The notes beneath the pieces were generated by a model. That model ran no database searches, had not been told where the DNA came from, and saw only the letters and a list, made by a program, of their open reading frames with translations. A stretch of 52,423 nucleotides of DNA from Macrostomum lignano. Taxonomy: Eukaryota. Position 1 is the first letter of the stretch; every line of letters starts with the position of its first letter. Location: assembly GCA_002269645.1 (NCBI GenBank), contig NIVC01001876.1, forward strand, positions 1 through 52,423, given 5' to 3'. Made by a program: the position numbers and the translations under genes. Below, one piece after another: positions 24,367 through 41,055 of this stretch.

Positions 24367-24528
24367 TTGGGACCGCCGCTCATGCTGCTGCTATATGTAC
24401 TATTAGACTCTGCACGTGTAGGCCGCCGCCACAGGCACCGTGGCTGTGGGAGTGAATCTTAATGTTCACTGATTGGGACCGCCGCTCATGTTGCTGCTAT
24501 ATGTACTATTAGACTCTGCACGTGTAGG
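24317..24528. repeat. 106-bp direct tandem duplication covering the last codons, stop and 3' UTR of the DUF1330-like gene
   Basis: 24317-24422 and 24423-24528 are near-identical (one c/t difference seen). Confidence 0.9.
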
Positions 24529-24639
24529 TAGGGACAGACAAACTGATGGGTTAGATGCCCGTTAGATCCTTTGAGTTGGGTAGCTGGAAGTATGTAAGAT
24601 ATATGTAAGATAGTGTCAGGTAAATAATTAGACAGACTG

Positions 24640-24815
24640 TGTAGAGATTGATAGACAGTGATTGATAGGTGGAAAGAGAAAGCAGATTATGTTTAGCAGA
24701 TAGAGTTTGGCAGACAAAGATTGGCGGATAGAGATTGGCAGATAAAGATTGGCAGATAGAGATTGCCAGATTAGAGATTAGCAGATAGAGATTGGCAGAC
24801 AGAGATTGTCTGATA
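24640..24815. repeat. Degenerate ~16-bp repeat (gatagagattggca)
   Basis: Directly visible. It explains ORF 24551-24931. Confidence 0.75.
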
Positions 24816-25154
24816 GATGTAAAGTGCCTAATACAACAGCAATAGCTAAATAATAACCGCTCTATATGTACTAATAGTAGTTGATTTGATTTATCTATTT
24901 TTTTCACTGCACATACTTTAAAACAATACATATCTACAATCGATTATATTATACATTTTGTAACGATGCGCAAACTTATTCTAATTACCTCGAGCTTCAT
25001 TTTAATAAGAATTTAAACTCTATCTCTTCAAAATAAATATTTCCGGAAGCATTCAGTTTCCACACGAAGGCTTGATGCTCTGTATGTATTAAGCTAACAT
25101 GTTTTAATTTAAAGTTGTGAATATGGTGCTGTGTAGGCTTCACGGTGTTGCCGT

Positions 25155-25330
25155 GTGACTCATCATAGTGGTTTCCAGTGACTCATAATAGTGGCTCCCA
25201 GTGACTCATCATAGGGGTTTCCAGTGACTCATCATAGTGGCTTCCAGTGACTCATCATAGTGGCTTTCAGTGACTCATTGTAGTGGCGCTCCCAGTGACT
25301 CATCATTGCGGCGCTTCCATGACTCACTAT
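25155..25330. repeat. ~23-bp minisatellite with TGACTCA in every unit
   Basis: TGACTCA at 25156, 25179, 25202, 25225, 25248, 25271, 25296 and 25320. Confidence 0.9.
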
Positions 25331-25599
25331 AAAGTGGCACCTCTGACCCATCAAAGTGGTCTTTCCCGACACCCCTGACAAAAAACTGATCAGTTTCACG
25401 AGTTACCAGTAGACTTAATTGTGCCCAGCACATTTACAGCTGATACATTTATAAATTTATTTGTTTATTCAGAAGCACTGCAGTCGATGAGAACTTATAT
25501 ATGTAATGTTTCTATTGCTATAAGAGTATAACAAAACACAGTTTTAATTTGACAATTTCATGCCTATAATAACTAGATTATCAACGCGTAACACCGTGA

Positions 25600-28200
<2,601 letters not shown>

Positions 28201-29380
28201 TCGGTCAGCTGTGCGAGTCAGAATCGAGTCTGGCACAGTGAGTAGATAACGAGCTCTCGATTTTAACAAATACGCTTTACACCGGCTGGGTAACCTGGTC
28301 GTTTAGTTTAACAAATATTTCTGTTATTGATTCAATTGGTAATGTTTCAAATGGAGATTTATTCCCCCAACTTACCTCATGCTATGCTAAACCAGCACAC
28401 TGCCAATCTTCAGTATTTGCATTCGTATCTCCGTACTCTGCATAAGCCTCACACTAAATCTCTCTGCTCTGTCTCTTGCGTCTTTCTCTCTCTCTCGGGC
28501 TTTTTGAGTTCGGCCGGCGCACGTGCTTATTAGAGACACGTCATCGCAGAGTCTGCATACCCCTCCCTGTGCAACTACCTATTGTTCGTGGATTTTCCTT
28601 CGGCCAGCCATCTCTATCTTACTCGTAGACACAGCAATGTACGTGCTCGCAATCGACTCGAAATTTAACCTGAGCCCTCGTGTCTAAACAATGAATGAGA
28701 CTAACTTGATATGACCATTGTGGTTGTACACTTAAAATTGTATGTAATATGAATGGCAGACATTTTCTGACTACTATTACCATATAGGTATGGTAGTCTT
28801 TAGTTTACTAAATTATAATAGCTACAAAAGTTACTTTAGGGATTGCTGTTATCTTCCTTAAGCATACCTAAGCACCAGATCATGGCATTCATTAGCATCA
28901 GATCATGACATCCTCAAGTATACATTCCATAGGGCAATCCAGAGTCTTCTTTACTGCCGTCCTGGCTTGCTTTATAAATGTACAGACTATCTGAAGAGTC
29001 GTATTTTTAGAAAACGTTCGATACGAGACTTTTGTCCAGTCGGGACCAGTCGAGATTAAGTCGGTACTCGGGATTCCTGACTTGATAGTTGTTACAAGAA
29101 AAGTTATTGCTTAGTTAAGTCAAAGTCCATTGAATAGAGCCGATTCCAATAATGCAAAAAATCAAAATATTGTCGTTTTTTCCTTTATTTTGTTTCTTGA
29201 CATCCACAAGTAGACAAGAATAAAAAATCCAAACCCAAAACCGAAAAAAACTGCATTTGAAGAAAAAAACGTCGTCGCAAGTTTTGAGCATTTTTTCTGT
29301 CGAATAAAATTGTGCGTCAAAATGCGTATTTCAAAACTGAAAATTTAAGCGAAGCTGGTCAGGTAGGCTGGTTGCAATTC

Positions 29381-32300
29381 TTATTCAACCGTTCTAGCAA
29401 CCACATTTTTAGCTGTACTCTTCACAACGCTGGTGGTGTTGTTAGCCAGAACGTTGACTTCCACGCCGTTGAAGCACCAGTTGGTGAGATTCCAAGCTAG
29501 GCGAACGTTGACGTCAACTTCGTCGTGCGCGAGTGATTCGATTTTCTTTTGATAAGTTGGCGTATTGATGAAAGCGCTGATTGACTCGAAGCGGTACATC
29601 ATGAGCACGGTTCGTCTGAGGTCAGTGTAGGTCTGGTACTCGGTGGTGTGCTGCAGAAGCAAGTTGCTGAAGAAACTTGCCTGCGGCGAGTCGCTGCCCA
29701 CAGTGTTTATCAGGTCGCGAATTTTCGCGTACAAATCTTTGATGATCTCCACGGTTAGTGAGACGCGATGCCTGAGTACGAATTGGGTTTAACTTTATTA
29801 AGCGACGAATTACGAACTGTTATGACCTGATGCTTAAGGAATGTCATGATCTGATGCTCAAAGAATGTCATGATCTGATGCTTAAGGAATGTCATGATCT
29901 AACGCTTAAGGAATGTCATGATCTGATGCTTAAGGAATGTCATGATCTGACGCTTAAGGAATTTCATTATCTGATGCTTAAGGAATGTCATGATCTGATG
30001 CTTAAGGAATGTCATGATCTGATTCTTAAGGAATGTCATGATCTGATTCTTAAGGAATGCCATAATCTGATGCTTAAGGAATGTCATGATCTGATGCTTA
30101 AGGAATGTCATGATCTGATGCTTAAGGAATGTCATGATCTGATGCTTAAGGAATGTCATGATCTGATGCTTAAAGAATGCAATGACCTGGTGGTCATGTA
30201 ATAAGATGCTACGCGATAAATAAACAAAACTATGAGAAAAATGCAACCCCACCTGTCAACTCCAAAAGCCATGTATTGCAAGTCGGCCAGCACGCGTGCA
30301 ATGCCGTTATTAGACTTCCAAAAATTGGTTTTAAATTCGCGCAATTTCTGCATCATGCTGTTTCGTTCGATCGATTTAGTGATGTCCGACTGGTTGCTGA
30401 CCGTGTTGGACAGGTTGATGTTGTCAACGACTGAGCCGCGGCCTGCGGCGCCCGTCTGAGGGACAGTTTGATTGGTTGTGTGATTGCTTTGTAACAAACA
30501 AACAACCAAACTGGCAAACAACACAACCAGCAAACCAGCAAACAAACAAGATAACAACAACTAACCCACGCTAAAACCAACCTTGCTACTAGAGCCGCCA
30601 GTGCTTAGACATGAGTCCCAAGGCAAGTTGTTGGTTAGCAGGGCCACTAAGGTGTAGAAAGCGGACTCAAGGTCATGCACCGGGTGAGCCTGACCTCCCT
30701 TCATCCTGATGTGCGATGCAAATCTCAGGTGACCGTACAGCTCGCTATCCGAGCCGCTCTTGCGCATATTATTGGGATCTTTGGGATCGAACAGCGTGGC
30801 CACGTTGAAATTCGCAATGTAGAGAACATTGAAAGCGATGCTGCGACCGAAGTAGAGATTGTGCGGCTCAATGGCGTTGTGAGTTACGCCGAATCTGTGA
30901 ATCTGAGGCGGTATTTGGGGACGTAACAACAATTTTGATTATTTACATCTTGGTTGGGTTGTGAAAGGTAAGTATGCGAAGGAAAAATGGGACAGGATAA
31001 GGATGTGATCGGATTAGGATGTGACAGGATTTGGATGTGACAGGATTAGGATGTGACAAGATTAGGATGTGACAGAATAAGGATGGGATGGAATAAAAAT
31101 GTGAGAGGATAAGGATTTGACAGGTTCAGGATGTGAAAGGATAAGGATGTGACAGGATTAGGATGTGACAGAATAAAGATGTGACAGGATCAAGATGTGA
31201 CAGGATAAGAATGTAACAGAATATGGATGTGACAGAATAAGGATGTGACAAGATAAAGATGTGACAGAATAAGAATGTGACAGAATTAGGATGTGACAGG
31301 ATAAAGATGTGAGAGGATAAGAATGGGACGGAATAAAAATGTGAGAGAGGATAAGGATTTGGCAGGGTCAGGATGTGACAGGATAAGGATGTGACAGAAA
31401 AAGGATGTGACAGGATAAGGTTGTGACAGGATAAGGATGTGACAGGATAAGGATGTGACAGGATACGGCTATGACAGGATGAGGATGTGACAGGATAAGG
31501 ATGTGACAGGATAAGGATGTGACAGGATAAGGATGTGACAAGCTGAGGTTGTGACAGGATAAGGATGTGACAGGATAAGGATTTGACAGGATAAGGATGT
31601 GACAGGATAAGGATGTGACAGGATAAGGATGTGACAGGATAAGGATGTGACAGGATGAGGATGTGACAGGATGAGGATGTGACAGGATAAGGATGTGACA
31701 GGATAAGGATGTGACAGGATGAGGATAGTCATCAGTAAGTTGCAGTTCGTATTTAACCTGCAAACAGCGGCACAGCAGCTGATCAAAAATCTTCAAAGCG
31801 GTGTCCACATCGAACACATATCCGCGTCGTTTCCCGGACACCATGACTTCCGTGAGGTACTGCAGATTTGGGCCCAACTGCTCCATGCACAGGTAGGACA
31901 GAGTGCTCCGGCTCTCGGATTTCCACGGCACTAAATTGCCATAGACATCGTAGAATTTGTACTCGGCCAGATCGTAGTTAAAAGTCGGATTTGACACTTC
32001 GTCGTATTTAAACACAATAGGAATTCCTGTCATCTCGTCTAGTTCCATTGTTTCTCGCATGAAATTGTCCCACAGGTGCTTAATGATGAGATTCTCTCGG
32101 AATAGCAGCCTCATGTGGGGCTGCTGCATTGCCTCACTGTCGAGGGCTTCGATCTTCAGTATCACACAGAGGGCAACGTCCCAGGGCCGGCATTTAGCTA
32201 ACTGGTTGTTCGGCTTCTCAGCGGTTCGCGTGTACTGACTGATCTTCTTCTCGAACTCCGGGTGGGAAGCGAATTTGTAGGTCTCGAAATTGGCGATCTG

Positions 32301-33331
32301 TTCGCGAGGGCATCTGCGGGTGGGGATTGGGGGATTTGGAACTGGTGAACTTGATCTACTCGTGAACAGGTCTGTCTAACGGATAAAGTTATGTGTCTAA
32401 CAGGTGTCGAAATTATGTGTGTAACGGGTGAGCTGGTGTGTCTAACAGGTGAACTGGTGTGTCAAACAGGTGAACTAGTGTGTGTAACAGGTGAAATGGT
32501 GTGCCTAACAGGTGAACTGGTGTGTGTAACAGGTGAAATAGTGTGTGTAACAGGTGAAATGGTGTGTCTAACAGGTGAACTTGTGTGTGTCTAACAGCTG
32601 AAATGGTGTGTCTAACAGGTGAAATTGTGTGTGTAACAGGTGAAATGGTGTGTCTAACAGGTGAAATTGTGTGTAACATGTGAAATGGTATGTCTAACAG
32701 GTGAAATGGTGTGTGTAACAGGTGAAATGGTGTGTTTAACAGGTGAACTTGTGTGTGCATAACAGGTGAACTTGTGTGTCTAACAGGTGAACTTGTGTGT
32801 GTCTAACAGGTGAACTTGTGTGTGTAACAGGTGAAATGGTGTGTCTAACAGGTGAACTTGTGTGTCTAACGAGTGAACTGGTGTGTCTAACAGGTGAACT
32901 TGTGTGTCTAACGAGTGAACTGGTGTGTCTAACAGGTGAAATGGTGTGTCTAACAGGTGAACTTGTGTGTCTAACGAGTGAACTGGTGTGTCTAACAGGT
33001 CATCTGGGTTGTCTAACTCGTGAAACAATCTAACGGTTAAACGGATTTTAATACCTGTACGATAAACTCACCTTGCCAGCATGTCAATAATGATAGTTCT
33101 ATCGCTCTTATAACTGAACACAAAGGCGCTCATGTCCTCAACGGATTGCACTAAGAACAACTGATTGAACTCTGGTGACAGAGCCACCAGACTTAGCACA
33201 TCCGTAGCCTTGGACCGCACGATCTCCATGTTTTTCTGGGCCTCCATTCGTTGAGTCATTTCCTGCATGTCGCTAGATTTCTGCAACTCCTCCAAAGCTA
33301 TCAAGGAGCTGACGCGTTTCTCGTTGGCCAT
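29381..33331 (-). CDS. Casein kinase 1/TTBK-family pseudokinase, 5 exons, ~576 aa
   Basis: Exons 33331-33072, 32313-31758 (VILKIE, LFRENLII, LCMEQLGPNL, FDVDTALKIFDQLL), 30902-30582 (IHRFGVTHNAIEPHN, LYIANFN, GHLRFAS, DLESAFYTL, NNLPW), 30455-30253 and 29771-29381. GT-AG junctions with phases 2, 0, 0, 2; 1731 nt in frame. Confidence 0.75.
29824..30190. repeat. 24-bp minisatellite (gatgcttaaggaatgtcatgatct)n, intronic
   Basis: Directly visible. It explains ORFs 29830 and 29899. Confidence 0.95.
30990..31725. repeat. 16-bp minisatellite (ggatgtgacaggataa)n, intronic
   Basis: Directly visible. Confidence 0.95.
32390..33010. repeat. ~21-bp minisatellite (gtgtgtctaacaggtgaactg)n, intronic
   Basis: Directly visible. 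Confidence 0.95.
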
Positions 33332-33717
33332 GGCGTTTTGAGTTGTTGAGATTCGAAATTAATCAAGGCTCAAGTCGAATTGGACAGACCGGCTGATGAC
33401 AAAGCAGTACGCCAAAGATCTGTAGAAGCTCTTTTAAAAAGCAATTAGCAAGTTAGTAACTGCTTCTTGCTACAAAGTCTTATTCTTTTACTATCACAGG
33501 TTTGAAGCGAGATGGGAGTTTTAGTCTATGGTAGCTCAGTTAGTTCAGCTTGCAGGGAGGGGCGGTGTGCATCGGGCATTTGTGCCGCAAATCAAGGTTA
33601 ATGCGGCAGGGTATAGACCAATAGAGGGGGTGTTGATGAGTCGTCTATTCTTTTGCTCAAGCTTATAAAGGGACTGTCAGGGAAATATCTTATCCCTTAT
33701 ATAAAGGGATAAAAGGG

Positions 33718-34290
<573 letters not shown>

Positions 34291-34295
34291 TAGAT

Positions 34296-37002
<2,707 letters not shown>

Positions 37003-37571
37003 ACAACAAGATAGATTGTTGTTGCCTCACCATTGCCGTCCCACCATCTCACCTCCACTGGCCCTCTGTCACTTTCTGCCCTCCTATCTCCAGTGTTCGT
37101 CAGGGCCTGCCAACCCACACTACTTACAGTACTTACTGAAACTGTTTAACAGGGGTCACGGTCCTCTCCATTCTATTTTATGCAGCTTCTTCTCAGTTAT
37201 TCTGTTAAACTCGATGCAAAAATGCATCACTCTACCCTATTCTCTTAGATATTGTGCAGGCACAGATTTTATTGGTTGAAAATTATATTGCAAAAAGATC
37301 TAGCACTCTTTATAATTATGCTCCTAAAAATGAGTCTCCAGTTTCGCTTTCTGGAACTACGGGAGCAATTTCGATCAAAGGTAAGCGTTGCAGTTTTACT
37401 CTCTAAGCTATAGGAACATTTTCTTTATCCATCATTGCTTTCTGCAAGTCTGCATCGTTAGCTATTTTTCTGAAAGATGAGCTGGCTTTTCAACAACTCC
37501 TTGAGCCATGACTAAACCATATACCCTAAACCTTAGCCCCTTGAGTCAAACCCTTTTTACCCTAATTAACC

Positions 37572-39150
37572 TGTACACTACACCATGGCTACACTACAAT
37601 ATATGGCACATGTACACTACACCATGGCTACACTACAATATATGGCACATGTACACTACACCATGGCTACACTACAATATATGGCACATGTACACTACAC
37701 CATGGCTACACTACATTGGCACATGTACACTACACCATAGCTACACTACAATATATGGCACATGTACACTACACCATGGCTACACTACAATATATGGCAC
37801 ATGTACACTACACCATGGCTACACTACATTGGCACATGTACACTACACCATAGCTACACTACAATGGCACATGTACACTACACAATGGCTACACTACAAT
37901 GGCACATGTACACTACACCATGGCTACACTACAATATATGGCACATGTACACTACACCATGGCTACACTACAATATATGGCACATGTACACTACACAATG
38001 GCTACACTACAATGGCACATGTACACTACACCATAGCTACACTACAATGGCACATGTACACTACACAATGGCTACACTACAATATATGGCACATGTACAC
38101 TACACCATGGCTACACTACATTGGCACATGTACACTACACCATAGCTACACTACAATGGCACATGTACACTACACCATAGCTACACTACAATGGCACATG
38201 TACACTACACAATGGCTACACTACAATGGCACATGTACACTACACCATAGCTACACTACAATGGCACATGTACACTACACAATGGCTACACTACAATGGC
38301 ACATGTACACTACACCATAGCTACACTACAATGGCACATGTACACTACACAATGGCTACACTACAATGGCACATGTACACTACACCATAGCTACACTACA
38401 ATGGCACATGTACACTACACAATGGCTACACTACAATGGCACATGTACACTACACCATGGCTACACTACATTGGCACATGTACACTACACCATAGCTACA
38501 CTACAATGGCACATGTACACTACACAATGGCTACACTACAATGGCACATGTACACTACACCATAGCTACACTACAATGGCACATGTACACTACACAATGG
38601 CTACACTACAATGGCACATGTACACTACACCATAGCTACACTACAATGGCACATGTACACTACACAATGGCTACACTACAATGGCACATGTACACTACAC
38701 CATGGCTACACTACATTGGCACATGTACACTACACCATAGCTACACTACAATGGCACATGTACACTACACAATGGCTACACTACATTGGCACATGTACAC
38801 TACACAATGGCTACACTACAATGGCACATGTACACTACACAATGGCTACACTACATTGGCACATGTACACTACACCATAGCTACACTACATTGGCACATG
38901 TACACTACACCATAGCTACACTACAATGGCACATGTACTCTACACCATGGCTACACAACATTGGCACATGTACACTACACCATGGCTATACTACAATGGC
39001 ACATGTACTCTACACCATGGCTACACTACGTTGGCACATGTACACTACACCATGGCTATACTACAGAGGTACATGTACACTACACCATGGCTATACTACA
39101 TTGGCACATGTACTCTACACCATGGCTATACTACAGAGGTACATGTGCTG
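37572..39150. repeat. 39/35-bp minisatellite (tgtacactacaccatggctacactacaat[atat]ggcaca)n, ~1.6 kb
   Basis: Directly visible. It explains all ORFs from 37508 to 39172. Confidence 0.97.
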
Positions 39151-39622
39151 TACATTAACATTTAAACCATGAAACAGTTTTTTTTCATTCCTGCCGGCAA
39201 CTATATACTACTTACTATAGCCATAGCAGTAGCAAGATACTCGCCTCGCATTAGATGGCCCTATAGTCACCGAAATATGAAACTTGAGACTGAAAATTGT
39301 CAAACCGCTGTGAGCATTACTTATAGTGTTTCTGCTGAGTGCATTTCTTGTCAAAAAACACAGGAGTCTTGGGCAAACGGGGTGGTTAAAGGTTAGAATA
39401 GGGCGCGCGGCTTCGAACTCAAGCAAGCTCAAAGCTCTCGCTTTCTTTTTTTCTATTGTTCGCGCCTGCAGGTTGGGCTCACTATCTTCTTTGCTTAATT
39501 ATTTTTGCAACAGGTTTCATTTTCCTGTTATTTTCTGCTCACATGACTGAAGAAAATTTAAAACACACTTAACTGGTCTCTAAAAGTGCTATATAATGAG
39601 TGTGAGGCTGACATCTCAGAAT

Positions 39623-40096
39623 GGGGGGGGGTTCATAAGACCGAAATTTCACAACGCCGAAACACCATCCTTCACAAGATCGAAACTTCATAAGACCGAA
39701 ATTTCACAACGCCTCGGTCTTGTGAAGGGCCCTGCATTTTGAGTTTTCGGCGTTGTGAAATTTCGGTCTTATGAAGTTTCGGTCTTGTGAAGGATCGTGC
39801 AGGAGTTTTCGGCGTTGTGAAATTTCGGTCTTATGAAGTTTCGGTCTTGTGAAGGATCGTGCAGTAGTTTTAGGCGTTGTGAAATTTCGGTCTTATGAAG
39901 TTTCGGTCTTGTGAAGGATCGTGCAGTAGTTTTAGGCGTTGTGAAATTTCGGTCTTATGAAGTTTCGGTCTTGTGAAAGATCGTGCAGTAGTTTTAGGCG
40001 TTGTGAAATTTCGGTCTTATGAAGTTTCGGTCTTGTTAAGGGCCTTGCATTTTGAGTTTTCGGCGTTGTGAAATTTCGGTCTTATGAAAGCGACCC
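39623..40096. mobile_element. Foldback-type non-autonomous transposon built from a 62-bp subrepeat in opposite orientations
   Basis: The left arm ttcataagaccgaaatttcacaacgcc is inverted relative to the right-hand tandem 62-bp units. 8-bp TSD ctcagaat at 39615-39622 and 40097-40104. Confidence 0.7.
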
Positions 40097-40728
40097 CTCA
40101 GAATTTGCGGTACCAATTAATACTCAAGGCAGTGTACGTATTTTTTAAGTCAACATCGAATATCCTTTAGTCAATAGTTATGGTTTAGGCGAGAGTAGAT
40201 TACAATGAATGTAAAGAACTTTTACCAAGACACAATGACAAGTCAAAACTGCCATATAGTTGTTACACCATTCTCAGCGACTCCACCAGCAGATTTTTCT
40301 AAATTGATGAGAGCATTATGATATGATTATGATATGACGTGGCGAGGGACACTATGATTATATTATTAAACTACGCTCGTAATTAAAAATCTATGATTCA
40401 GTTATCCGGTAGACTCTCGCCCCAATTATCTTATCTGATTGTCAATTCAACTGTCCCTCGCCACGCGTAATCAATGTACACCATACTCTTTGTCCAAGTG
40501 ACCGATCAATTCACCCACCCCATCTCTTCGTCAAATCAAATCAAATTTAAAAGTGGAAAAAAATACTCAGCAACATTGAACAGCCGCCACTCTGTGCGCC
40601 AGTGAGCAATTTCTCTTGGACCATTCTGAAATGAAAAGATACGAGAAAATCGATCGGGGTAGCTTTAATCCGCCCAACCCTCGCACACCGCTCCTCTGCA
40701 CTTCATTCGTCAACTCAAGTCTGCCGCG

Positions 40729-40876
40729 GCGTAGCTGAGCTGCGTCACTCGCAAAGATTGAGAGTCTCAGCAACATCAAAAAGTCGCCATCACAAGAAGA
40801 TTCCGTCCGTGGTCGCCACATTTGAGAGTGCAGGTAAAATCTCTCAATCTTTGCGAGTGACGCAGCTTAGCTACGC
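40729..40876. repeat. 36-bp near-perfect inverted repeat upstream of the TRP channel gene
   Basis: gcgtagctgagctgcgtcactcgcaaagattgagag (40729-40764) vs ctctcaatctttgcgagtgacgcagcttagctacgc (40841-40876), 35/36 match. Confidence 0.9.
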
Positions 40877-41055
40877 TTGAGACTTGAGACTTGGTATACT
40901 AGAAAATGGATCAGGGGAGCGGTGTTTCAGTAGGCCATGCAGCTGTTTCGCCACTTTACTTAATTTTCAATTATGCATTATAGAAAAAACATGCAGCTAA
41001 TATAATTCTGTAAACTTTTTTTGAACAGGAAATAGCTAGTTCTTAACCGGTCTCC

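Noticed and set aside
37508-39172. His/Thr/Tyr-rich ORFs up to 270 aa
   Set aside because: They are translations of the 39/35-bp minisatellite in all frames.
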